A DNA stretch of 64,000 bases. Source: Minisyncoccota bacterium. Its GTDB lineage: Bacteria > Patescibacteriota > Minisyncoccia > Phycocordibacterales > UBA9973. The notes under the pieces were generated by a model that saw only the letters and a list, made by a program, of their open reading frames with translations, had not been told where the DNA came from and did not search any database. Every line of letters begins with the position of its first letter. Position 1 is the stretch's first letter. Below, one piece after another: positions 9,013 to 19,000 of this stretch. Location of the stretch: the NCBI GenBank assembly GCA_041674285.1, contig JBAYVZ010000004.1:21913-85912 (forward strand), in the 5' to 3' direction. A program made the position numbers and the translations under genes.

Positions 9013-9738
9013 TTAGAAAGCCATAACATGCTTATTGTCTTCAATAAACTTATTTATAGCTTCTTCAAAGTGTAAAGGAAAAACTACGTCACGGAAACCC
9101 ACGATCTCATTTGCAAATCTTGATAATTCCGAAATGTGCTCACGTAGAACATTTACTAAAATAACTTCATCCCCATAGTGGAGATAACCCTCATATGCGT
9201 AAAATAAATATTCCCATTTTTCCAAAGCTGGAAATAAATTAACTTCATAAGGATATTCTTCTCTCAAATAAGTAATGGTAGTAATCGCATCTTCGGGGAA
9301 AATACTAAGATATTCATCAGATTTGTGAGCAAACTGCAATAAATAAGCCTCCATAAAATGGATATACAGATTAAAATCTGTAAACATAAAATGTTGAATC
9401 TTTTGCTCAAAAGCACTATACTCCTTTAAATCATGGTGAGCTCTTTTGCTCACAACAGAGATATCCTTCTTTTGAAGCAAGAGCCCTTCAGGCAAGTCAT
9501 GCCACTGGAATGCATCCTTCATTAATTCTGTATTTAATTTAGGGTAATGCCGACTCTTGAGATTAAAAAGTACGGGTATTATCACCATAGATACAGAATG
9601 CTGGTGGTGCAGAGTCGTCTGCTTTCTTAATTCGGGGTTACGCTCTACGAACCTACCCCATCTAACAACTTCGTCCAATGGACACTGAGATGCGAGCCAT
9701 AGGTCGAACATCTGCTCGAAAATTGTGTTACTAATCAT
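9013..9738 (-). CDS. Divergent HD-domain (YfbR-like) protein
   Basis: VVRW...TTLHHQHSV...WHDLPEGL...DI motif order typical of YfbR-type HD hydrolases. Confidence 0.5.
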   Translation of the reverse strand: MISNTIFEQMFDLWLASQCPLDEVVRWGRFVERNPELRKQTTLHHQHSVSMVIIPVLFNLKSRHYPKLNTELMKDAFQWHDLPEGLLLQKKDISVVSKRAHHDLKEYSAFEQKIQHFMFTDFNLYIHFMEAYLLQFAHKSDEYLSIFPEDAITTITYLREEYPYEVNLFPALEKWEYLFYAYEGYLHYGDEVILVNVLREHISELSRFANEIVGFRDVVFPLHFEEAINKFIEDNKHVMAF

Positions 9739-9807
9739 TGTTTGTTTCCTCCTATTTTATTGTTTTTCTTTCATCTTACTAATCCCCCACAATAAGTCAA
9801 ATAGAAT

Positions 9808-9833
9808 AAAAACACCCCTTTCGGGGTGTTTTT
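9808..9833 (-). terminator. Terminator after rplK
   Basis: AAAAACACCCC-TTTC-GGGGTGTTTTT. Confidence 0.85.
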
Positions 9834-9846
9834 ATGTGTAAAACGA

Positions 9847-10272
9847 TTAGTCTACGATTGTGATTCCTGCACTGCGAGCTGATCCTTCTACGATTTTCAT
9901 AGCACCTTCAATGTTTTTAGCATTTAGGTCTGGCATTTTCTTTTCTGCGATTTCACGAACCTGAGCACGTGTAATCTTTCCTGCCTTTGAAGTGTTTGGC
10001 TTTCCTGAACCCTTTTCTATACCTGCAGCTTTGAATATCAATCCTGCTACTGGTGGAGTTGTGACTGTGAATTCGTATGTACGATCATCAAAAACTGAGA
10101 TCTTAACACCTACGATATCACCTGCCATTGCCTGTGTTGCGGCGTTGAATTTTTGACAGAATTCAGCGATGTTTACACCTGCCTGACCGAGTGCGGGTCC
10201 TAATGGTGGCGCTGGAGTTGCTTTCGCAGCGGCAATTTGTAGTTTTACCTTTTTTGTAATTTTCTTTGCCAT
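9847..10272 (-). CDS. rplK: 50S ribosomal protein L11
   Basis: [27 protein letters not shown]; start set at MAKKITK. Confidence 0.98.
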   Translation of the reverse strand: MAKKITKKVKLQIAAAKATPAPPLGPALGQAGVNIAEFCQKFNAATQAMAGDIVGVKISVFDDRTYEFTVTTPPVAGLIFKAAGIEKGSGKPNTSKAGKITRAQVREIAEKKMPDLNAKNIEGAMKIVEGSARSAGITIVD

Positions 10273-10284
10273 ATAGTCATACAA

Positions 10285-10390
10285 TTCTTAATTTTGTAAT
10301 TTTTAAATAATGCAAAAATGTCTAATTTTTAAACATAAATACATTATAAAATTATTTATAAAATTAAAAATTTTAAATTAAAAATTCTTA
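10285..10390 (-). repeat. AT-rich inverted short-repeat element upstream of rplK
   Basis: Reverse complement resembles 7097-7215 at both ends. Confidence 0.5.
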
Positions 10391-10450
10391 ATGTTTTGAA
10401 GCTTTTTGCGTAACAGGTCTACTTTAGCATAAAAATGCTTATAGGTAAAG

Positions 10451-10999
10451 CTAGAACTTTTTAACCTGTAGGAAGTCCAATTCCACTGGAGTCTCTCTAC
10501 CGAACATAGAAACCAATACTTTTACCTTGCCTCTCTCGTTATCTACATCACTAACTTTACCCTCTAGGTCCTTGAATGGGCCGTCTCCGATACGCACGAT
10601 CTCACCAACAGACAGATCAATCTGGTGCTTTGCCTTGTTCTCTGTATCCATCTTTCCGAAGAGTGCATCTACCTCAGACTTTTCAAGAGGAACTGGGTTC
10701 ACCCCTGCCCCTACGAATCCTGTGACGCGTGGAGTATTTCGGACTACATACCAAGAGTTGTCATCCACGATCATATCTACTAGGACATAACCTGGGTAAA
10801 CTTTTTCTTCTACTTCAGCACGCTTTCCACCCTTGATCTTGATCTTCTTCTCAGTAGGAACGATGACATTGAAAATCTTGTCATTCATACCTAGGCTATC
10901 TATACGCTGTTTTAGATTTCTCAAAACTGCATTCTCGTATCCGGCATATGTGTGGATTGCGTACCAATTGCGCTCCCCTTTTAATTCTTGTTTTGCCAT
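10451..10999 (-). CDS. nusG: Transcription factor NusG
   Basis: WYAIHTYAGYE, YPGYVLV, VRNTPRVTGFVG, KOW, VSMFGRETPVELDF. Confidence 0.98.
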   Translation of the reverse strand: MAKQELKGERNWYAIHTYAGYENAVLRNLKQRIDSLGMNDKIFNVIVPTEKKIKIKGGKRAEVEEKVYPGYVLVDMIVDDNSWYVVRNTPRVTGFVGAGVNPVPLEKSEVDALFGKMDTENKAKHQIDLSVGEIVRIGDGPFKDLEGKVSDVDNERGKVKVLVSMFGRETPVELDFLQVKKF

Positions 11000-11075
11000 T
11001 GATTTATTAGTTTCTAGTAATTAGTTTCTAGTGACTAGAAAATAAAAACTAGATTTTAAATTAATTTAATAATAA

Positions 11076-11264
11076 TTATCTGTTCAAAAGCAACCACTGT
11101 AAGCCAGATGAGAACAAGTAATCAAAAAGACCCAGGTAGTAAGCGATACCCACAGATATAACAATAACTGCAATAGTAGCAGATATAGCTTTTGTGCGAG
11201 TTGGCCATGTTACATTCTTTACCTCAGCCTTTGTTTCTTTAAAATATGTTATTAATTCTTTCAT
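11076..11264 (-). CDS. secE: Preprotein translocase SecE
   Basis: ETKAEVKNVTWPTR + TM + GLFD; upstream of nusG. Confidence 0.95.
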   Translation of the reverse strand: MKELITYFKETKAEVKNVTWPTRTKAISATIAVIVISVGIAYYLGLFDYLFSSGLQWLLLNR

Positions 11265-11391
11265 AAATTGATTATATTACTCTTACTAAAAAACACCCCG
11301 CGGGTGTATGTAAATACATAATACGCCTTTTATCCCATAAAGTCAATATAAAGAAAAAACCTCCCAAATGGAGGTTTTTTTCTTTATGTAT

Positions 11392-12162
11392 CTACCTTAT
11401 GCTGTATGTGATAGTCACATTTGAAGTGATCTTGTTCTCCCCTTTTGGTAGTACTGGAGCTGATGCACCCATAGCACTATCCATCATTGCACTCTTTGCA
11501 TACATGATAGGATATCCTCCACCATTCTCAGAGAAGCTAGCTACCTTGCCTAGTCTGACTCCTAGTTGCTTTGCTAGTATCTCAGCTTTTTCGCGAGCAT
11601 TCTGAATAGCGATACCACGAGCCTCATCTCGAAGAGTTTCTTCATCATCGATCATAAAAGTAGGACCACTGATCATATCTACTCCGATCTTGGAAAGACC
11701 AGTCTTGATATCATTTGCTGTATCAACATCACGAATTTTTACTGTGATAGATTGTGTAGCTGTATACCCTACGATCTTTGATTCACCTTGTGGACAAGGT
11801 ACAGTCACACAGTAGATAGGTGTATTTGAATACTTTGGATTCACTCCACCGTATTCAGCTTTGACATCCTTGTCGGCAATCTTTTGCTCTTTTAGATAAT
11901 TCAAAACAGATGCAGTTATCTCATTTAGATTCTTTGATGCAGAACCAGAGGTAGATGCATCCTTTGAAAGAGTAAAGTTGATACTTGCGATATCTGGAAC
12001 CGCAGTCACCTCTCCATCCGCAGATACACTGATAGTATTTTGGACCCCATTTTGACCATAGCGACCCATCATACCCCTACCACCATATGAATGAACACAG
12101 ATGATAGCTAAAACTATTAATCCAATAATGACGTACTTTTTGTTATTTTTTAATGTTTCCAT
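11392..12162 (-). CDS. SIMPL (DUF541) domain protein
   Basis: ISVSADGEVTAVPDIA...AIQNAREKAEILAKQLGVRLG...PKGENKITSNVTITY; start at METLK after TGGTACAAT. Confidence 0.9.
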   Translation of the reverse strand: METLKNNKKYVIIGLIVLAIICVHSYGGRGMMGRYGQNGVQNTISVSADGEVTAVPDIASINFTLSKDASTSGSASKNLNEITASVLNYLKEQKIADKDVKAEYGGVNPKYSNTPIYCVTVPCPQGESKIVGYTATQSITVKIRDVDTANDIKTGLSKIGVDMISGPTFMIDDEETLRDEARGIAIQNAREKAEILAKQLGVRLGKVASFSENGGGYPIMYAKSAMMDSAMGASAPVLPKGENKITSNVTITYSIR

Positions 12163-12270
12163 AAGTATATTGTACCATATTCTAAATAAGTCCAGATTTG
12201 ACAAAATCTTTAAAAGTTATATTATAGACATAAATTTCCTATTTTAAAACCATATAAAAAACAAAAAAAG

Positions 12271-12963
12271 ATGACTGACAAGAAATCAATCGAGTCCATG
12301 TTGATGGAATCCCAAACCTTAGTTGTTAATGAAGGAAACTTCCCAGTTAGAGGCACTCCCTATAAAATCCCATTGGGGGTTTTTATGCAAAAAATGATAT
12401 CAAACAATGAACTAGTTAACGAAATTGCTAGTATTATAATTGATAATTTGGACACAGAGATAGTTGCCGCTCATGATTATGACGGACTAGTTGTTGCTAG
12501 TGAAATTTGCAAAAGAACAAATAAGCAATTATTGTTCTTGCAGAGAAATACTTCAACAGGAAAACTTTCCGGACTAAACACAACAGAAGGCAAACCATTC
12601 CAGGGTAAAAAGGCTACCATTATCACAGGAGTATTGGCCACAGGCACACACAGCGCTGATGCTATTGAACTTTATGAAGAAAACGGTGGTAAGTGTAAAA
12701 AAATAATCGCAATTTTCGATTATGGTTTTAATTTACAACCAGCCGTATTTCAGAGCCCAAGCCAATTTGCTGAGGTTAAGAAATTGCCGGCAGAAGTACA
12801 TTCAATAGTTACTTTAAGGAGTACCGTTATCGATTCTGGATTCAGTGGGACTGAGCCATTAGAAAAATGGATTAGTGCACAAGGTGCTAACACCTTCCGA
12901 AAAACAAGAACAATCAGCATAAGACCCAAAGAAACAAAACCAGTAGGAGAACCTGCCAGCTAG
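12271..12963 (+). CDS. Degenerate type I phosphoribosyltransferase-fold (PyrE-like) protein
   Basis: GKKATIITGVLATGTHS resembles PRPP loop but lacks the acidic pair; IIAIFDYGF as in PyrE. Confidence 0.5.
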   Translation: MTDKKSIESMLMESQTLVVNEGNFPVRGTPYKIPLGVFMQKMISNNELVNEIASIIIDNLDTEIVAAHDYDGLVVASEICKRTNKQLLFLQRNTSTGKLSGLNTTEGKPFQGKKATIITGVLATGTHSADAIELYEENGGKCKKIIAIFDYGFNLQPAVFQSPSQFAEVKKLPAEVHSIVTLRSTVIDSGFSGTEPLEKWISAQGANTFRKTRTISIRPKETKPVGEPAS

Positions 12964-13012
12964 TTATTTTTTGTAACAAAAAAATGCCACCCAATTGGAT
13001 TGGGTGGTTTTT

Positions 13013-13693
13013 TTATTTCTTATTCAATTTATCGCTCACAATCTTTCCGTCAGCCAGGTGTATCGTGCGGTCAGCCATCTGTGCATACTCCTCCTCATGA
13101 GTCACCATTATGATAGTCTGCCCTTCTTTATTTAATTCTAGAAATGCTTTGATCACAGAGGATGAAGTCTCGGAGTCTAGGTTTGCAGTAGGCTCATCAG
13201 CAAAGATAATCTTTGGGTCATGGGATATAGCACGAGCGATAGATACGCGCTGTTGCTGACCCCCAGAGAGCTCGCTCGGCAGATTGCCCATCTTGTCACC
13301 CAGACCGATCTTGATCAATGCCTTTTTTGCTTTTACTTCAGCCTCTTTCATATCATACCCCTGCATTAAAAGAGGTAGCAATGTATTCTCGAGTGCTGTG
13401 AGGGATGGCAATATCGCATAGTCTTGGAATATATACCCAAAGTCATTTAGGCGAACCATAGTCCTATCCTCCTCTGGCATATTCACCAGTTCTGCACCAT
13501 CAATCTGAATAGTTCCACTATTTGGCAGATCGAGCAATCCCAACTGATACATCAAAGTTGATTTACCAGACCCAGATTTACCAGTGATAGTCACAAACTG
13601 ACCTTCTTCTATAGTAAAAGAAAGGTCGTTCACTGCTATCACCTCTTGGTCTCCACTCTTAAATTTTTTTGTTAAATTTTTTACTTCGAGCAT
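13013..13693 (-). CDS. ABC transporter ATPase (LolD/MacB type)
   Basis: GKSGSGKST, LSGGQQQRV, FADEPTANLD, VTH. Confidence 0.95.
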   Translation of the reverse strand: MLEVKNLTKKFKSGDQEVIAVNDLSFTIEEGQFVTITGKSGSGKSTLMYQLGLLDLPNSGTIQIDGAELVNMPEEDRTMVRLNDFGYIFQDYAILPSLTALENTLLPLLMQGYDMKEAEVKAKKALIKIGLGDKMGNLPSELSGGQQQRVSIARAISHDPKIIFADEPTANLDSETSSSVIKAFLELNKEGQTIIMVTHEEEYAQMADRTIHLADGKIVSDKLNKK

Positions 13694-13714
13694 TTTATTT
13701 TTATTATCTTACAA

Positions 13715-14992
13715 TTATCTTCCGAGTATCGCGCTTAATGTATTTTGTTTTATGACCATTCGAGCTGGAATGAATCCGGCTATCATTGTCGTCACTAGTA
13801 GTATTCCTGCTCGGATCAATGCCCCTGGGAATGTAGCTACGAGTATACCATCAGAGAATGGGAAGTTTATAGGGTTGGCAGCAAAATATGGTTTTATAAA
13901 GAAGAATATGAGAACCATACCTATGATGATTCCAAGTGTCGCATATATAAAAGCCTGGTACATATAAGAATAAAGTATGGCTCTTTTATGGATACCTATA
14001 CCCTTTAGTATTCCGATAAAACGACGACGAGTTATAGCATTTACGAATATCACGATGAAGATAGTTATAGACGCGACGACTAGTCCTATAGCAGATATCA
14101 TCGAACCGAGTAGAGCAAATGTGCTTTTCATATCTTTGAGGAATTTAGGAAAGGCCTCCTCTGCAGTTTGCACACGAGCAAATTCTCCTACACCAGAATC
14201 AATCAAAAAGTTTTTTACAAAAACAGGATCTGTACCTGGTTGCAATAGAACTGCGATAGCTGCAGCATTTAAATCTGTGCGTCCAGTTAGCTTTCTGACC
14301 TCAGAATCGATCATAATGATAGAACTATCAAAGTCTACTTTAGACTGCACAAAGCCTTTTACAAAGTACTCTCTAGAAGTATTACCGACAGTGATTTTGA
14401 CTCGTGATCCGATTTGTACATCTTTGAGTGTCTGAAATCCAGGAGCTTCAATCGGAGTAAATTCGTAAAGTAGATTTTTACCTAGCAGAACACTATCACC
14501 ATCCTGTGGAGTCAGGTACTCCCCCTTGGTTACAAATTTAGCAATGCCAGAAAAATTTTCTTCTTGTATTGGATCGATACCCAATAGTGAACCCCCTGCT
14601 CCACCACGCTTATCTCCGGGCTTCACAGTGTCTCGATAATTTGACTCAACACGAGCAGAACCAGAGTATCTAACTGTATGATTCTTGTAACCAGGAATAT
14701 TTTTTACAATATCTACAACCTGCGGTGTCTGATCTATAGCACTACGATTCAAGAATGGTGATATGAGTACATCCCCTATGTCATACTTTTTTGCTGCATC
14801 TTCGGATCCTTGGATGAGTCCCACCAGGATTCCAGAAACTACAATCAGATTTAGAAATGTCAGAGTCATCACGAGCACGATCAATCCCGTAGTCCAGATA
14901 TTTGCACGCTGAATATCACGCTTGGCCAAAAACCAACCGACACGGGCATTTAACTTGAAAGAATTTTCGATTTTTTGTAGGTTATTTATCAT
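13715..14992 (-). CDS. ABC transporter permease (FtsX/MacB family)
   Basis: TM1, large extracellular domain, three C-terminal TMs, RRRFIGILKGIG. Confidence 0.88.
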   Translation of the reverse strand: MINNLQKIENSFKLNARVGWFLAKRDIQRANIWTTGLIVLVMTLTFLNLIVVSGILVGLIQGSEDAAKKYDIGDVLISPFLNRSAIDQTPQVVDIVKNIPGYKNHTVRYSGSARVESNYRDTVKPGDKRGGAGGSLLGIDPIQEENFSGIAKFVTKGEYLTPQDGDSVLLGKNLLYEFTPIEAPGFQTLKDVQIGSRVKITVGNTSREYFVKGFVQSKVDFDSSIIMIDSEVRKLTGRTDLNAAAIAVLLQPGTDPVFVKNFLIDSGVGEFARVQTAEEAFPKFLKDMKSTFALLGSMISAIGLVVASITIFIVIFVNAITRRRFIGILKGIGIHKRAILYSYMYQAFIYATLGIIIGMVLIFFFIKPYFAANPINFPFSDGILVATFPGALIRAGILLVTTMIAGFIPARMVIKQNTLSAILGR

Positions 14993-15002
14993 TTAGAAAC
15001 TA

Positions 15003-16502
15003 TTAAGGGCGAGACAATATTATCTCATCGTTCACAGAAAGACCGCTCTGTATCTCTATCAATCCACCGTCCCCTAGCACTCCTGTAGTTACAGATTGTT
15101 TTACTGACTTTTTACTCTTTTTATTTGTGACCATATCTACATAGCTACCAGTCTCATCTTTTTTAACACCGGCTTTTGATACTACGAGAACATTGTCTTT
15201 TCCACCTGCATTTATTTTTACATCGGCATTCATACCTGGTCGGATTACATCACTCTTTTCATTTATAGAAATTTTAATCTCGTAGTTCACGATACCATCC
15301 TCTATTTTAGCAGCAGGATCTACTTGGACTACACTACCAGTGAATTCCCCAGCGAATGCATCAAATGATATAATTACAGATTGTCCCACTACTACGCTTG
15401 CGATATTTGATTCATTGATCTTTGTTTTTATATAAAGATTACTCACATCCTGGAGCATAACTACTTGCTTTGAAGTACTAGCTAGCTCACCTACCTTTAT
15501 ATCTACAGAAGTTATAGTACCATCTGCTGGAGCTCGAATGATAGTGTTTTCATAATTTGCCTGAGCCTGCTCAAGAGTTCCACGAGCTTGGAGAATATCA
15601 GCCTCAGCCAGAGCCACATCAGCAGGGCGAGCAATGGCTTTTTTAAGAGCAAGCTCAGCCTCCGCAGAGGACACGGTTGCCGACTTTGCCTGAAGGGCTG
15701 ACTGATATGCATTGTAATTTACAAGATAATTTGAAGCTTTTTTATTTGGAATTTCGATCTTCCAATCAGTACTCTCCACAGTGCCAGAAGTCGGCAATTT
15801 TATATACAATCCAGAATTACCAATAGGCTGGGCTACGTCATCATTCAAGGGACCAAAGCCTGTAGTGAGACCAGAAGCATCAAAACTCTTACCGTTTGAA
15901 GAATTATAAACCTTCAGGTTTATGGTACCTTCTTTACCCAAAATATAGTTTCCAGATATAACTGGTGCAATGTAATCCTTTGAAAAGTCTACGGGGATAG
16001 CTTCTGGGTAAGAACTAAGAAGATTATTTAAGGCATTTTTTACTAGCACATCTTGTGTTGCTTTTGTATTTTCAAGATTTATTTGAGCGATAGCAATCTC
16101 CTCATTTGAAGAACCGTCTATTATCTTTTTATATCGAGCTTCCGCTGCCGCAACAGCACCACGAGCAGAAGTAAGAGCTGCCCCCACAGAACCCTGCTCT
16201 AATGTAGCGATAATACCCCCCTTCTTTACTTGGTCTCCGACTTTTACTTTTACAGAAGACACGTTTCCACTACTATTAAAAGACAGACCTAGGTCTACAT
16301 TTGAGGTCACCTGACCAGTAGCGAGAACTGTCTGAGTTATACTCTTGTTCTCGACTGTTGCCACGACTACCCCTTTTGATGGATCTTTAAGCAAAAAAGA
16401 CAAGGCTATTATCACTATGATAATTGCACTTATCCAATATCTTTTTTTACCAAAAAAAATCGATACTATATTTTTAATTTTATTTATTTTATCTTGATCC
16501 AT
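15003..16502 (-). CDS. Membrane-fusion/adaptor subunit (HlyD/MacA-like)
   Basis: SVKVKVGDQVKKG, coiled coil, IRAPADGTI, IRPGMNADV. Confidence 0.9.
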   Translation of the reverse strand: MDQDKINKIKNIVSIFFGKKRYWISAIIIVIIALSFLLKDPSKGVVVATVENKSITQTVLATGQVTSNVDLGLSFNSSGNVSSVKVKVGDQVKKGGIIATLEQGSVGAALTSARGAVAAAEARYKKIIDGSSNEEIAIAQINLENTKATQDVLVKNALNNLLSSYPEAIPVDFSKDYIAPVISGNYILGKEGTINLKVYNSSNGKSFDASGLTTGFGPLNDDVAQPIGNSGLYIKLPTSGTVESTDWKIEIPNKKASNYLVNYNAYQSALQAKSATVSSAEAELALKKAIARPADVALAEADILQARGTLEQAQANYENTIIRAPADGTITSVDIKVGELASTSKQVVMLQDVSNLYIKTKINESNIASVVVGQSVIISFDAFAGEFTGSVVQVDPAAKIEDGIVNYEIKISINEKSDVIRPGMNADVKINAGGKDNVLVVSKAGVKKDETGSYVDMVTNKKSKKSVKQSVTTGVLGDGGLIEIQSGLSVNDEIILSRP

Positions 16503-16507
16503 TTAAT

Positions 16508-16900
16508 TTATTTTATATTAACTAATTCTACTTCAAATATTAGAGTTGAATTTGGGGGTATTACTCCAGGTACACCGTTTTCTCCGTATGCCTTTTCTGG
16601 TGCGATAGTCAGAGTCTTCTTTTCCCCGACTTTCATCCCTACTAGACCCTCGTCCCATCCAGCTATTACCATACCTGCGCCTAGCTTGAATTCAAAAGGT
16701 TGTACATGATTAAATCTTGGATCTACATTTGAATCAAAAACAGTACCATCCTGTAAGCTTCCAGTATAATTCATAACCAAAACGTCTCCATTTTTTGCAA
16801 TTTTTTCCATATTTTTGTTTTTATTAATAAAGAAGTACCCTACTCCACAAACCACACCGATAATCAACAAAGATGTTATTATTGTATTTATATTTTTCAT
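16508..16900 (-). CDS. FKBP-type peptidyl-prolyl isomerase with N-terminal TM
   Basis: YTGSLQDGTVFDS, VIAGWDEG, AYG..GVPGVIPPNSTLIFEVEL. Confidence 0.95.
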   Translation of the reverse strand: MKNINTIITSLLIIGVVCGVGYFFINKNKNMEKIAKNGDVLVMNYTGSLQDGTVFDSNVDPRFNHVQPFEFKLGAGMVIAGWDEGLVGMKVGEKKTLTIAPEKAYGENGVPGVIPPNSTLIFEVELVNIK

Positions 16901-16967
16901 TTTTTATAATCTTTAAATTAAAATGCTACTATATTTACATAGTAGCATTTTTATCACGATTTTGGAA

Positions 16968-17129
16968 TTAGATGAATCCTAATAATAAAGCAAAGGTAAA
17001 TGCAACACCAAGTATACCCAATACAGGGTGTATTTTCCATAAAATAATATCTATCAAAACCAATATAGCGAAATAAAGATATCCAATAGAACTAATTTTT
17101 AGTAAAACTTTTGAAAAAATTGTATCCAT
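16968..17129 (-). CDS. Small hydrophobic membrane protein (53 aa)
   Basis: Hand translation MDTIFSKVLLKISSIGYLYFAILVLIDIILWKIHPVLGILGVAFTFALLLGFI; starts 2 nt after ATPase stop. Confidence 0.6.
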   Translation of the reverse strand: MDTIFSKVLLKISSIGYLYFAILVLIDIILWKIHPVLGILGVAFTFALLLGFI

Positions 17130-17131
17130 AT

Positions 17132-18982
17132 TTATATAATATCACGGCCAGCACGCAGTGCATAGAGTATAACTACTATGTCGATACCCTCTTGTATTAG
17201 AGCCCCGTAAAGTGGCATCAAATTGCCAGACAATGCAACGAACATACAGAGAGTAGACAAACCTATCCCAATAAATATTCCTTCACGAGCTACTTTTACA
17301 GTACGAATAGCTACTTTATAGGCTTCAGGAACTTTTTCAATAGAACCAGAGACTATCACAATATCCGCACTTTCAGATGCCGCTGTTGCACCGTGAGAGC
17401 CTAGAGCTATGCCGGCATCTGACTGTGCGAGAGCTGGTGCATCATTTACCCCGTCACCAATCATCGCTACTTTCAATCCACTCTTTTGAAGATCCTTAAT
17501 CACGATCAATTTTTCGTCGGGTAGACATTCCGCCTTATATTCATTTATTTTCATTGATGCAGCCACGGTCGATGCTACACTTTCTTTGTCACCAGATAAC
17601 AGCATAAATCTCTTTATACCTAAAGTAGATAGATCAGAGAAAACTTTACGCGCTTCAGGTCGAACTTCATCCTTAAAAGAAATCATTCCTATCACACCAG
17701 CACCTCTCCCCAAGTACACAGGTATGACTCCCTCATTTCTTGTTTTTATATATTCTTTGTTTAATTCGTCTCCGGCAATTATTCCATTATTTACTAGGTA
17801 TGCTAGTTTTCCAAAATAATATTTTTCACCGTTTACGACACCGCTGACTCCATCTCCAAAAACTTCCTTAAAGTCATCGGGGTAAATTAATTTTTGAGAT
17901 TTAGAATGGGCGTATTCCACCAATGACCTAGCAAATATATGTACCGACAGTTGATCGAGAGATGCGGATATTTTCAGTATTTCATCTTTTGGTATATTGG
18001 TGAATGTTTTTATGTCGTGTATCTCGGGTATCCCCATCGTGATAGTGCCTGTTTTATCAAACACGCACATATCCACTCTTGATAATAATTCGAGAGCTCC
18101 CCCATTCTTGACTATAATACCTGCGCGAGACGCCCTACTCATACCTGACATAAATGCGATGGGTGTAGCGAGGATTAGTGGACAAGGAGTAGCCACCACC
18201 AGCACTGCCAGCATTCGTATTGGCCCACCAAAATAATATGCCAATGCTGCCATTATGATAGTAAAAATTGTAAAGTATACACTGTATTTATCCGCCATAC
18301 GTACAAATGGTGCCTTGTTCTCCTCAGCCTGGCGCACCATATTGATTATTGTATGTAGTCTGGATTCAGTCAGTTCTTTGGTCACACGGATTTCTAGAGC
18401 AGCGTCTGTATTTTTTGTACCAGCCAAAACGACACTCCCGACTTCTTTTTTATTGGGTACTGATTCCCCTGTCATTACAGATTCATCAACATAAGAAACT
18501 CCACTCTCCACGACGCCGTCAGACGAGATAACTTCACCTGCCTTTACAATAATATGATCATTTATTTTTATATCAGAACTGTCTACATCAATAACCCCGT
18601 TATCCTTTTTTACATGGGTCTTTTGTGGTATCAAATTTAATAGATCAGAGAGTGCACGTCTAGCGCGGTTCATAGCATATGACTCCAGTGCTTCTCCTCC
18701 AGACAGCATCAATAGGACTATCATACCAGGTAAATATTCACCAAAGACAAGTGATGTGGCTAGGGCAAGTCCTGCGACGAGATCTACTCCAAAATTACGA
18801 CGAAGGATATTTGAGATTATTTCATACCAAAGGGGTATAGAAAATACACACAAAACCACGAGCGATACCTGTTGCGCAAATAAGTCTATTTTAAAAACAT
18901 AAGAAATGAAAACGAGAACCAGTGCCCCTAATGCGACAAAAGGAGTCCATGCCCGAACTTTGGAAATAATGTTTAGTATCAT
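17132..18982 (-). CDS. Heavy-metal P1B-type ATPase
   Basis: TGES, TPCPL, DKTGT, SVH, GDGVNDAPAL. Confidence 0.95.
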   Translation of the reverse strand: MILNIISKVRAWTPFVALGALVLVFISYVFKIDLFAQQVSLVVLCVFSIPLWYEIISNILRRNFGVDLVAGLALATSLVFGEYLPGMIVLLMLSGGEALESYAMNRARRALSDLLNLIPQKTHVKKDNGVIDVDSSDIKINDHIIVKAGEVISSDGVVESGVSYVDESVMTGESVPNKKEVGSVVLAGTKNTDAALEIRVTKELTESRLHTIINMVRQAEENKAPFVRMADKYSVYFTIFTIIMAALAYYFGGPIRMLAVLVVATPCPLILATPIAFMSGMSRASRAGIIVKNGGALELLSRVDMCVFDKTGTITMGIPEIHDIKTFTNIPKDEILKISASLDQLSVHIFARSLVEYAHSKSQKLIYPDDFKEVFGDGVSGVVNGEKYYFGKLAYLVNNGIIAGDELNKEYIKTRNEGVIPVYLGRGAGVIGMISFKDEVRPEARKVFSDLSTLGIKRFMLLSGDKESVASTVAASMKINEYKAECLPDEKLIVIKDLQKSGLKVAMIGDGVNDAPALAQSDAGIALGSHGATAASESADIVIVSGSIEKVPEAYKVAIRTVKVAREGIFIGIGLSTLCMFVALSGNLMPLYGALIQEGIDIVVILYALRAGRDII

Positions 18983-19000
18983 ACAGGCATTATAGCATAA

